A stretch of DNA of 64,000 nucleotides from Octopus sinensis. Taxonomy: Eukaryota. This document shows positions 10,596-21,949 of the stretch, in pieces; the first letter of the stretch is position 1; the number at the start of each line of letters is the position of its first letter. Made by a program: the position numbers and the translations under genes. The stretch is taken from assembly GCF_006345805.1 (NCBI RefSeq), contig NC_042997.1, positions 213,032,001-213,096,000 of the forward strand, written 5' to 3'. The notes beneath the pieces were generated by a model that saw only the letters and a program-made list of their open reading frames with translations, was not told the DNA's origin and searched no databases.

Positions 10596-10988
10596 GGCGC
10601 AGGGGTAGCTGTGTGGTAAGAAGCTTGCTTCCCCACTACATGGTTCCAGGTTCAGTCCCACTGTGTAGCACCTTGAGTGTCTTCTACTATAGCTTCAGGC
10701 TGACCAAAGCCATGTGGGTGAATTTGGTAGTTGGAAACTGAAAGAAGCCCATCGTATATATATATATATAATAAAATATTAGGGAATAAATCCAAAATTA
10801 CAGGGAAAAATCAGATTTGGGATTGAATCCAATTTTATAGTAAAATATTATATTATATTAAATTATCTTTTATTAAACTTTTAATAATTTTGATATATAT
10901 TTAAAATAATATAAATTAATTAATTTTATGTATTGGCTTAAGTTTTTCATTGTTTGATTTGCCTAATAGTGGTTTTATCTCTAATTTA

Positions 10989-11032
<44 letters not shown>

Positions 11033-11590
11033 AATGGAGGCCAAATTTGGCATTATTGAGTAAAAGAGAACTTGATAGAAGACTTATTGCAAATGCTGTA
11101 GTATTTATGACCCTCTGTATTTTAATTTCAGTTAAGTTTCTATCCTTGATGCCTACAAGATTAGTTCCTTCATGGGCAATTTTCTTACTCTAAGAGTAAA
11201 ACGTGGGGGGGGGGGCATATTACTTCTCTTATTCTAGAACATGAGTTCAGGTTTTACTTATCTCCTCACTACCACTATTTCATTTCCTATACCTATATAC
11301 ATGTATGCATATGTAGGTATATATCTATGTGAGTGTGCCTTTGTGTCTGTATTCCCCCCACACACACACACACATTATCACTTGACAAGCAGTGTTGGAG
11401 TATTTATGTCCCTGTAACTTAGCAGTTCAGCAAATGAGACTGATAGAATTAGTACTAGACTCTAAAAATAGTCCTTGGGTCAATTTGTTCAATTAGGAGG
11501 TGCTCCAGCAAGGTGGTACTCCAATAAGGTGGTATCCAGCATGGCCACAGTCAATTGACTGAAACACGTAAAAGAATAAAAGAATATCTC
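10596..11590 (+). mobile_element. tRNA-derived SINE family A: 5' half (10596-10755) and 3' half (11320-11590) separated by inserted DNA
   Basis: Head ggcgcaggggtagctgtgtggtaag and tail gcatggccacagtcaattgactgaaac. The halves may come from two different copies. Confidence 0.6.
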
Positions 11591-11596
11591 TATGTC

Positions 11597-12520
11597 ATCA
11601 TCATCATTTAACGTCTGTTTCCCAGGCTGGTATGGGTCGGACGGTTTCACCTGGACTGGCAAGCTGGAACGTTGCACCAGACTACAGTCTCATTTGCCAA
11701 TCTTCTCTATGGCTGAATGCCCTTCCTAATACCAACCACTACAAGGGTGTAATGGGTGCTTTTACATGCCACTGGCACAGGTGCCACTTGCATGACACCA
11801 GTATCTACCATGACTGTGATTTTGCTCAGCTTGGTGGGTTTTCTCCTCAAGCATGACGGCTCAACGTCAGTTGATCCAACAATTTGATACCTCTGTAATT
11901 ATTTCTACCTAAGGTATCTACTTTACCTTTTTAGCAGTTGACTACAGTGCTACTACACCTGCCATTGGATAAGACTCCTTCATGTAACCCCTGATTAACT
12001 ATACAAATGACTAAACAATAACCCACATCGCCAAATATTTTAAGCATCTCAATGGTGATTCTTGATGGGTTGACGGCTTTCCCTGGCTTCATATCCTTAA
12101 TTGCTTTATTTTCCAAGGAAATGTCAATTCGGTAGACTGGTCCCTCAGTTGGGTCAACATTTGGCAGGCTTTCCTCCTCCCATTCATTCTCCACATTCAG
12201 CAGCCTTTCATAATAGCATTTCCAAGCTTCTTTCTTTGCAGAATCATTAAATGCAAGGACACCATCATCCATGCAGACACATTTCTCTCCTATGACATCA
12301 TGATTTCCTCTCGCACACTGTCTTGCAATCCAAAATACTTCAGTTCTTTCGTCCTCACATCACTGAACATAGGTAAACTTATTTTCTGCTTCTCCCTTAG
12401 CTAGATACACCTGTCTCCTAGCTTCCTTTCTGGTTATCTGATTCATTTCCGTGCTATCCCCACCTTTCCAAGCTTTGCAAGCCTGATTCTTTGCTCTAAT
12501 GGCCTTGTCTACAGCATCTT
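11597..12520 (-). mobile_element. internally deleted RTE LINE
   Basis: The ORF 11931-12272 (NVDPTEGP..GKAVNPSRITIEMLKI) is followed after NYRGIKLL directly by the 3' tail, so the RT core is missing. Confidence 0.85.
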
Positions 12521-13274
12521 TCTATAGCGGTTATTTTTGTTTTGCTTACTGTTAGTGTAACGCTACTTTTATATGTTTCCTATTTGGAAATGGATAAATA
12601 TATTTTACTTTTGAAGTAGGAATATATATTGATAAACTTATAACTTACTTATAAGTGTTTTCATTATACGTAAATCCTGACTCCAGCTACATAAACGCCA
12701 TAGTGAGAAATATATTTTCTGAAACACTAACGAACATTTTATGCGTGCATGTATATTGAATATAAATAATTTCGTGTTCTTTTAACTGCTATAAAAAAAT
12801 ACAGTTTCATAATTACAGAAATACATTTCATTAATTAGTTGAAGAACATGAAGAAAAGGAAAATAAATTCTACATTATCTTATTATGTACATTTAGCATT
12901 TTTAATATTTATAATACAATTTGAAATAAAGTAATTTTGTCGTAGAGAATTACAACCTAAAATTTACACTAACTAATTCTTCATACTAACTATTTAGATC
13001 TCAGCAATTCAAACGAGTCTTGTTGGATTTTTCATAGACATGGCATAAAAAAATAAGCTATGTCTCAAAAGAGTGAGTGTCGTGGAGTTTAGTTACATCC
13101 CACAAACACTAAAGTTTCCCCCAAAATCCAGGGTTTTTATAACTGCTCAACTTGACTTTAAAGAATCGAAATCACATAAAAATATTCTTTAACTAATTTT
13201 TAGAATTCCTATATGAGCAGTTATTTCAACCAACGGGAAAACGACAACCATATTTCTTCGGCATACTTTTTCCT

Positions 13275-14130
13275 CAGTTGCACGTCTATATTTTCACTTG
13301 CTGCCTATTTGTTAATGTGAGTTCGTCTCTGTCTGTGTTTTTTGTGTATTTACTTGAACTGTTGTCTTGTAACAAACAGTAATTTTTGCCCTACGGGGCA
13401 GAAAATTTCTGAATTTCTGAAAATTTGTCTTTTGTCATTTGTGACAAGGATTGTTTGTGCTACATCATGGAGTACGACATTGCTTCGAAAAATGATTTTC
13501 CCGGGATGGGAGGAAGGAATAACAATGGAAACAACGGAAACAAAAAGGATAACAAGGGAAAGCAAAGTTTTTCGGCTGCCATAGGTGGCAATGTCATTGA
13601 ACTGGAAGTAGCAATGGACAAGCTCTTCCAGTTCAGAAAATTAATCGAAAAAACAGGTGAAGAGACCAAGTTGGTACCGCCCCCGGAAACTGTACAAGCT
13701 ATTCGGGAAAAAACAGTCGTGTATAAGGTATTTGATATCAAGGAATAAAGAATCACTGAGGTGAAGAATGAAGTGGTTGAGCGATGCATGGCTCCGATAT
13801 GGAACAAGGTACGCTATGTTAGCCGAAGTGTAAGAAGTGCTACAGTAGAAGCACATTTCGAGTTGGCTAACATAGCAAAAGAGATTTCGACGCAAGCCTT
13901 AAAGAATGAAGAGATCATGTTGCTGCCGACATATTTGGGTTGGCGAATGGCTAAGGTGACAGTGGAGGACATGCCTGTTGGGTATGACATGCGGGCAGCA
14001 AAATCTATGGACAAGAGGAGATGCAGAAAGTCTTTCACCAACATTTTGCTTGGTTGTTCTGGGAGAGCGGTCTGCTTGAGCTGGGGGAGCTATTAAAGGA
14101 CTTCCTAGCCGGTGGGCCATGACTTTCGGC
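13275..14130 (+). mobile_element. 5' UTR and ORF1 fragment of an L1/Tx1-like LINE
   Basis: A leader starting cagttgcacgtct, then the interrupted ORF MEYDIASKNDFPGMG...SFSAAIG...VEAHF...LLPTYLGWRMAKVTV. No ORF2. The clade assignment is from recalled similarity only. Confidence 0.5.
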
Positions 14131-14134
14131 ACGT

Positions 14135-14510
14135 GAGGCTGTCCCTCGTTTAAGAAACAGATTGGGTTTATTTACATTTGCGAAACAAAAAAGATACCCT
14201 TCCCCCACCCCTAACCCTAACCCTAACCCTAAATCTAAAATAGATTGAAATGCAATAGATCGACAGTAGGGTTAAATTCATACAGCACGGAATGTTTTTT
14301 TTACCTAAATGGAGGTGAGCGATTAGTTAAAATTGCCAAAATGCTCGAAATTAAAGTGGAAATATGTTACAACATATAGAATTTTCCCAATAAAGCCAAG
14401 AAAAAATGATGTTTTATAAACACATTCTACCAGTATACGAAGTTTAAAAGTGTTTAGTTAACTAGAAATTGTGTTGAAAACTGCCATTCAAAAGGAAAAG
14501 ATCCAGCTTT
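14135..14510. mobile_element. short interspersed element with (CCCTAA)4, possibly Helentron-type
   Basis: Four ccctaa units at 14209-14232. The element cuts the LTR-element protease at about 14510. Confidence 0.4.
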
Positions 14511-15936
14511 TGTATTTTTTTACATCTACCATTAAATAATAGTGTGCCAGAAAATCTGCCCCTAATATTGGGTAAGGCAAATCCACTACTATGATGATCC
14601 ACTTAAACTCTCTTCTTAAATTTATATTTAGAGTTAAACTACTCGCTCCAAGTGTTTGGATTTCAGATTAACTGCGTGAAGAGTCAAATAAATAGGTTTT
14701 GGTTTCTCTTTTAAAAGCTTTACAGGCCAAATTGAACAAGCTGCTCCTGTATCAACCAAAAACCTTTCTTTCGAGTTCAGATCATAAACAATAAATATGC
14801 GAGTTTTAATGATGTTATCCACAGATTTCGTCGCATCTAATCTGTGGTTGAGAAATTTCCCGAATTTTTCTTTTCTTTTTTTTTGTGTGTTTAGGAAATC
14901 GAATGCACATGGCTGAATACATTTGAATGATCTGTCTCCAAATTTTGCATGATGCCAACAAATGGCATTTCTCTTGAAACTTGGACTTCTTCATCTCTTT
15001 CGCAATCATGCATTGTTTCTTTGAGCAGAGCGACTGTCCCTTTCGAGTTGTAAACTTTCAATTTTCTTCGTTAACAACTCAAATTGCTTTTCGTAACTCT
15101 TTTTCAATGCCTGTATTTCGGTAGAAATAGATGGAAATGCATTCACAGACTCTCTAGATGACAATTCCAAAATGCCATCTGCTAAATCTGCCAATTGTTG
15201 AAGAGAGTTTTGATTCTTAACAACCGAAAGCAAAGTTTGAGTCTTGTAAGGCAATTTAATAAAGAAGACCTCTTTGAAGTAGGATTCATCTATTTGTTGA
15301 TCCCCAAGAAGTTTGTTCATTCTTCGAAAAAGTTGTGGGTTTCTTATTGCCTAATTCTTCATTGTTAAATAACTTTGCAAACTCTTTTTGTTTCAAATTT
15401 GAAGTTTGTTTCAATATTTCTTCTTTTATAGCAGAATATGAAACTGGTTCGATAGGGTTTGGTAGCAAATCTCTAATTTCATCGCTTAGAGGTGGAGGTA
15501 AATTGCTCAGCATTATATTATATTTTTGCTCTTCATTTGTTATAGGGTTTGCTTTAAAGCTTGCCTCCAGTTGTGCCAACCAAATGATTGTGTCATTTGG
15601 AGAAGGTAATATATTTACTGAAACTTGTGTATAACTCCTATCCAAATATGACAACTCAAATTCTTTTAAATTCTGCTCCATTTATGTCTATAAATATTTT
15701 CTCAAATGAAAACAAATTTTACGTTGTGTTATTAAGCTTTTAACAGCTCTAAATATAATTTTTATATTGCTAGAAAGTGCAGTTAAAAATTTTTACTATA
15801 GTTTCTTTCTTCAGCATTCTTTTTTTACAACTTTACTTTTAATTATTTGTTAATAAAATTTTTATGCAATAAATCTTTAATCTATCTTTATTATATTATT
15901 CAATTTTTCACCAGTTTGTCTGTGTTTAAAAAAAAT

Positions 15937-15950
15937 GTTCGGAGTCACCA
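15937..15950 (-). promoter_or_regulatory. primer-binding site, tRNA-Trp type
   Basis: tggtgactccgaac, 5 nt after the LTR end, matches TGGTGACCCCGAC (complement of the tRNA-Trp 3' end) at 11 of 13 positions. Confidence 0.7.
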
Positions 15951-16052
15951 GTTTTTATAGCAGTGTTTTTTGGGTGGGGTTTGTTTTACTGTTAGTGTAA
16001 CGCTACTTTTATATGTTTCCTATTTGGAAATGGATAAATATATTTTACTTTT

Positions 16053-16447
16053 ATTCTTGTTTCAGTCATTTGATTGCAGCCATGCTGGAGCACTACCTTT
16101 CATTGAGCAAATCGACCCCAGGACTTATTTTTTGTAAACCTAGTACTTATTCTATTGGTCTCTTTTTACCAAACCGCTAAGTTATGGGGACGTAAACACA
16201 CCAGCATTGGTTGTCAAGCGATGTTGGGGGACACAAGCACAAACACACACACACACGCATAAATATATATATATATTTTTTTACAACAGGCTTCTTTCAG
16301 TTTCCGTCTCCCAAATCCACTCACAAGACTTTGGTCAGCCTGAGGCTACAGTAGAAGACACTTGCCAAAGTTGCCATGCAGTGGGACTGAACCCAGAATC
16401 ATGTGGTTGGTAAGCAAGCTACTTACCACACAGCCACTCCTGAGCCT
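16053..16447 (-). mobile_element. SINE family A
   Basis: Reverse complement of 16753-17155. It truncates the 5' LTR. Confidence 0.85.
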
Positions 16448-16450
16448 ATA

Positions 16451-16503
<53 letters not shown>

Positions 16504-16711
16504 AGAGAGAGAGAGAGAGAGAGAAATTAAATATAAATTACAAAATGGGACAAGAATGCAAAAACACACAAAGAGACGATACAAAAAAACAGACGGGTCA
16601 TTCGAAGCCTCTAATCTTCAGTCGGGAACCGAATCATCTTAGCAATTTTGGCTGACTAATCCTGATATCACTCCGATCCGGCCAGCTCCAAAGAAAAACT
16701 AAGCTACGGGC

Positions 16712-16752
<41 letters not shown>

Positions 16753-16755
<3 letters not shown>

Positions 16756-17155
16756 CGCAGGAGTGGCTGTGTGGTAAGTAGCTTGCTAACCAACCACATG
16801 GTTCCGGGTTCAGTCCCACTGCGTGGCATCTTGGGCAAGTGTCTTCTGCTATAGCCCCGGGCCGACCAATGCCTTGTGAGTGAATTTGGTAGACGGAAAC
16901 TGAAAGAAGCCTGTCGTATATATATGTATGTGTATGTGTGTGTGTTTGTGCGTCTGTGTTTGTCCCCCTAGCATTGCTTGACAACCGATGCTGGTGTGTT
17001 TACGTCCCCGTCACTTAGCGGTTCGGCAAAAGAGACCGATAGAATAAGTACTGGGCTCTTACAAAGAATAAGTCCCGGGGTCGATTTGCTCGACTAAAGG
17101 CGGTGCTCCAGCATGGCCGCAGTCAAATGACTGAAACAAGTAAAAGAGAAAAGAG
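16753..17155 (+). mobile_element. full-length SINE family A (tRNA head, CORE-like segment, internal TA/TG microsatellite)
   Basis: ggcgcaggagtggctgtgtggtaag (box A), ggttcagtccc (box B), ttgggcaagtgtct, and tail gactgaaacaagtaaaagag. Confidence 0.9.
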
Positions 17156-17161
17156 TATATG

Positions 17162-17478
17162 AATTGTTAAAAAGGACAACAAATGTTATGGCAAAGCAAA
17201 TCTCAAGTCATATACATTATTATTATTGGAAAAAAAATTCAAAGTCTTACAGCCGTTTTTGAGATATCCCAGAATATGGGATATTCCGTCATCAGAGACA
17301 AATAGAGAAAACTATACCCTTCTCATTTTCCCTATTTGTCTCTGCTGACAGAATATCCCATACTCTGGGATACCCCAGAAACAGCTTTAAGACTGAACTT
17401 TTTTTTTTCCAGTAATAATAATGTATATGCCTTGAGATATTTGCCTTGCCTTAACCTTTGTTGTTCTCTTTAACAATT
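17162..17478. mobile_element. 317-bp palindromic element, second family, with a hammerhead motif in each arm
   Basis: aattgttaaa(17162)...tttaacaatt(17478) with a spacer of about 14 nt at 17312-17325. Left arm on minus: gtct CTGATGA cgga atatccca tattc tgggatat ctca AAAA cggctg TA agac. Right arm on plus: gtct CTGCTGA caga atatccca tactc tgggatac ccca GAAA cagctt TA agac. Confidence 0.8.
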
Positions 17479-17624
17479 ATATCCGCTATATCAGAAAACT
17501 GCAATGATTCCATAATAACCTTGGAGCCCTAGTAATCCATTACAGCACTTATCTAGCGTACCTGTGCACCTAGTCACTTAAATCATCTGTGAACTAAACC
17601 CCCATATTTTGTATATATATATAT

Positions 17625-18140
17625 GTGTGTGTGTGTGTCTGTAAAAAGCACCATCCGTTCGTGGCCGTCGCCAGCCTCACCTGGCCCCCATGCCAGTGGC
17701 ATGTAAAAAGCACCATCCGTTTGTGGCCGTCCCCAGCCTCACCTGGCCCCCATGCCAGTGGCATGTAAAAAGCACCATCCGTTCGTGGCCGTTTGCCAGC
17801 GCCACCCCAACTGGCCTCCGTGCCGGTGGCACGTAAAAGCACCATCCGTTCGTGTCCGTTGCCAGCCTCGCCTGGCCCCCGTGCCGGTGGCATGTAAAAG
17901 CACCATCCGTTCGTGGCCGTTTGCCAGCTCCGTCTGGCTCCTGTGCGGGTGGCACGTAAAAAGCACCCACAACACTTGCAGAGTGCTTGGCGTTAGGAAG
18001 GGCATCCAGCTGTAGAAACACTGCCAGATCAGACTGGGCCTGATGCAGCCTTCTGGCTTCACAGACCCCAGTTGAACCGTCCAACCCATGCTAGCATGGA
18101 AAATGGACGCTAAATGATGATGATGATGATGATGATGATA
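17625..18140 (+). mobile_element. RTE 3' tail with six tandem units of about 62 bp
   Basis: gtaaaa(a)gcacc recurs at 17641, 17703, 17765, 17833, 17894 and 17956, followed by the conserved tail and (gat)n. Confidence 0.85.
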
Positions 18141-18179
18141 TATATATATATATATATATATCCGTGTGTGTGTGTGTGG

Positions 18180-18385
18180 CATGTAAAAAGCACCCACTAC
18201 ACTCACGGAGTGGTTGGCGTTAGGAAGGGCGTCCAGCTATAGAAATTATGTCAAATCAGATTGGAAACCAGTCAGCTCCCAAGCTTACCAGTTTCCAGTC
18301 AGACCATCCAATCCATGCAAGCATGGAAAATGGACATTAGATACTGCTGCTGCTACTGATGATGATGATGATGATGATGATGATG
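18180..18385 (+). mobile_element. RTE 3' tail
   Basis: gagtggttggcgttaggaagggc...gcatggaaaatggac...(gat)n. Confidence 0.8.
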
Positions 18386-18444
<59 letters not shown>

Positions 18445-18448
<4 letters not shown>

Positions 18449-19150
18449 CAAACCCAGTTGTCTCAACATAAATCATTATTATCATTCAATCTGTGGACAC
18501 GATTCAGTCATGTGATGTTTTTCACACCCACAATAATAGGATTATCTAAGTTTATACTGATTCATCCAAAAAGGAAAAGCACACAATGGACTCTTCCAGG
18601 TGATGTATTTTATACTTCGACTCATTGTTGTAGACTGACTCTTCTTTTTGCCTTAGCACACTTACTGTGAAAATGTAGCAAGTGGCACTATGCAAATTAC
18701 TGTCCATACAATAACAAAAAAAACAAAACTAGACTTTCCAAAAGTCTAAATTGATTACTGATAAGGTAGAGCTCAGTGTCTCACACCAACAGCATGTTGG
18801 AAACCCTTAAAATAGGACTACTTCATCAAATTTATGAATGTCCAGTCAAAATAGAAAATCAGTTGAGCACATACGTACAGGTAAACACTCAGAATAAAAT
18901 TCATTCATATACCAACCCTATTCATCTTTTAATGAAAGGGGAGATAAGACAACCCCAGTTGTCTCAATGTAAAACATTGTTTATTGTCATCCAATCAGTG
19001 GACACAATTCGATCATGTGATATTTTTTCCCACCTACAATTGTAGGATTATTTAAGCTTACATTGATTCATCCGAAACGGAAAATCCCATCATGGACTCT
19101 ACCAGGTATTGTAGATATACATTGACTCATTGTTGTGGATTGACTCTTCT
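18445..19150. repeat. diverged direct duplication of about 210 bp
   Basis: cccagttgtctcaa...caatc..tggacac...gattcatcc...tggactct.ccaggt...gactcattgttgt occurs at about 18450-18645 and about 18950-19150. Confidence 0.7.
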
Positions 19151-19189
19151 TTTTTGGCCTTAACACATTTACTGTTCATGTCTACTCCT

Positions 19190-19915
19190 GTGCAGGTGGC
19201 ACCATAAAGAAACACCATTTCGAGAGTGGCCGTAGCTAGTACCACTAGACTGGCCCTCATGCAGGTGGCACGTAAAACCACCCACTGCATTCTTAGAGTG
19301 GTTGGTGTTAGGAAGAACATCAAGCTGTGGATGCTCTGCCAGATCAGATTGGAGCCTGGTGCAGCCATCTGGTTCGCCAGTCCTCAGTCAAATTGTCCAA
19401 CCCATGCTAGCAAGGAAAGCAGACGTTAAATGATGATGAAGATGATGATGATGATATATATATATATATATATACACACACACTGTGATGATGATGATGA
19501 TATATATATATATACACACACTGTGCTTGAGGAGCCCTATTGAGTCAAGTACATCAACATCAAAAATCAAATGGAAATTGTAGTTGGGATACCTGTGCCG
19601 GTGGCACGTAAAATACACCATCCGAATGTGGCCAATGCCAGCGCCGCCTTGGCTGGCTTCCGTGCCAGTGGCACGTAAAAAGCACCAATCAATCGTGGCT
19701 GTTGCCAGACTCCCCTGGCACCTGTGCCGGTGGCATGTAAAAAGCACTCACTGCACTCACGGAGTGGTTGGCATTAGGAAGGGCATCCAGCTGTAGAAAC
19801 ACTGCCAGATCAGACTGGAGCCTGGTGCAGCCTCCTGGCTTCCCAGACCCCGGCCAAACCGTCCAACCTGTGCTAGCATGGAAAACGAACATTAAACGAT
19901 GATGATGATGATGAT
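19190..19915 (+). mobile_element. two RTE 3' tails in tandem
   Basis: Tails ending in (gat)n at about 19450 and 19915. Confidence 0.8.
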
Positions 19916-20525
19916 CTGCATTATGGGAAATTTAAGTTACAATTCACCACTTCACTTTCGAATTGCTGCAATATTTAGTTCCTTCATTTTGTAAAGTTAT
20001 ATTCTGAGTACAGTATTATCTGTATTACTTTATCACATACACACACAATGAGAATGAAGGCTCAACACCACATTGGTATATAAATATTCTTTATACACCA
20101 ACAAGGCTACCAATGGTTTCATGTGAAGAGAGAGATCTCTTTACATGAAGCCGTTGGTAGCCTTGTTACTCCACAAATAAAGAATGTTTATAAACATATT
20201 GCTTTAATGAAACTGAAAACCTTGACAAACTGTTTCTTTGAGTTTCATGGAACCAATCCTTGCATAGATGCACACAACTAAATTTTTGAAACAAATGTTT
20301 ACAAATGGTGTAAATGAGCATTTTTTGGCAAACAGCCAATAAATATTTAAAGCTGATTGGACAGGTTGAGATTATGCCATATTAAAATTAATGGAATCTG
20401 TTGAATGATATGATTTGCTGTTGAAGTGGAACAGCAAAAACATTAATAACTGAAATAAAGTTGAATAAAAAGAAAAAAGGCTTCTATGCTTTGTTGTTGG
20501 GAAATTGTTGTAATATTTGCAAAGT

Positions 20526-20895
20526 AGAGGCGCAATGGCCCAGTGGTTAGGGCAGCGGATTCGCAGTCGTAGGATCGCAGTTTCAATTCCCAGACCAGGC
20601 GTTGTGAGTGTTTATTGAGCGAAAACACCTAAAGCTTCACGAGGCTCCTGCAGGGGGTGGTGATGAACCCTGCTGTACTCTTTCACCACAACTTTCTCTC
20701 ACTCTTTCTTCCTGTTTCTGTTGTACCTGTATTTCAAAGGGCCAGCCTTGTCACACTCTGTGTCACGCTGAATCTCCTCGAGAACTATGTTAAGTGTACA
20801 TGTGTCTGTGGAGTGCTCAGCCACTTGCACGTTAATTCCACAAGCAAGCTGTTCCGTTGATCGGATCAGCTGGGACCCTCATCGTCGTAACCGAA
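20526..20895 (+). mobile_element. tRNA-derived SINE family B
   Basis: gaggcgcaatggcccagtggttagggcagcgg...tttcaattcccagacc, with 3' end atcgtcgtaaccga. Related copies are at 26690-27003 and 28311-28695. Confidence 0.85.
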
Positions 20896-21489
20896 AAACT
20901 GAGGCAAAAATCAGTTTTAAATTTGAGAAACATTGATGAAGAAAGTCTATAAATATAAAAAAATTAAACGATTCAATGAATAAAAGAAATGATAGAATGA
21001 GTATCACAGATGAAAAGATGAATGAGCTTGGTGGGAGGGAAAAGGATTGAAAAGCAGTTTGGTAAGGAAAGGAGGAGGCATTGCTAGGGAGTGACATAGT
21101 AAAAGAAGGGAGAGAGAGAGAGAGAGAGAGATAAGAGAGCTTAGCTGAGCTTTGATAATGAAGATTAATACTTCAAGTAGAGAGGAGAAAGAAATAGAAT
21201 AAAACTCCTTATGCAGATTAAGAGATTAAAGAAGTTGGCTTAAACCTGGGAATATACCAAAGTATCCGTTGGCTTACTGCAACTGAGCTCCTTGCTGAAG
21301 GAACAGCATCAAACTGTGGTTGGGAAATTGCAAATTACCAACTAAATCAAGAATATCATTCTTTATTCTTAAGATTGTTTTACGTCTAACTCACAATGTC
21401 CTCTTATTTATAGACAGAATTATATCCTTTGAACCAAAATAATTTCCCATTGAACATTGCTAAACAAGAAGCTAATCTTGGACGTGTTT

Positions 21490-21830
21490 TAATTGTTGCA
21501 GTCATTGGTCTGCCATGCTGGAGCATAATCAAGTAACTTACCTCTCAGAACTTTTTTTTTTTTAAAGCCTGGTATGTATTTTATCTATTTCTTTTTCCAA
21601 ACCACTAAGTTATGGGGATATAAATAAACTAACACCAACCGTGAAGTGGGGGTGGGGGACAAACACAACAAAAACACTCATACATAGATAAAAGATGCAC
21701 CCATTCATATCCTAGCAAATCCACTCACAAGGCTTTGGTGGATTGGCCCAGCTTTTATAATTGAAAGCATTTGCTCAAGGCGTTATGTCATGGGACTGAA
21801 CCCAAAAGCATATGGCTGAGAAGCCTTTGC
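21490..21830 (-). mobile_element. degenerate SINE family A
   Basis: ccatgctggagca...ccactcacaaggctttgg...gggactgaacccaa. Confidence 0.65.
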
Positions 21831-21949
21831 CTAATTCATTAGATGTTTACAATAAGTTACACTAAAGTGTGCTGAAACCAAGGAATCTGCCACGGGGCCT
21901 ATGGAGCTGACTTCTATCGTTGAACTTTCAATTGTCTTCATTATTTGAA

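Larger units (their letters stand above)
12523..16052 (-). mobile_element. Ty3/gypsy LTR retrotransposon relic (CsRn1-like) with gag and protease only
   Basis: LTR 12523-12691 with TGTAGC...GCTATA termini on the minus strand, and a partial second LTR at 15956-16052 sharing an identical core of about 66 bp. PBS at 15937-15950. gag 15006-15681 (WLAQLEASF..ITNEEQKY..LGNKKPT). Protease FLVDTGA...PILGADFL at 14510-14820. Confidence 0.85.

Noticed and set aside
14209-14232. Interstitial telomere or chromosome-fusion scar
   Set aside because: Only four units, embedded in a short inserted element, with no inverted telomeric array.
16595-16630. CTGAAGA...GAAT hammerhead-like motif on the minus strand
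   Set aside because: GAAA is altered, and stems I and II do not pair convincingly.
17641-17970. Regularly spaced repeats resembling a CRISPR array
   Set aside because: The spacers are themselves near-identical, the array is part of an RTE 3' UTR, the context is eukaryotic, and there are no cas genes.
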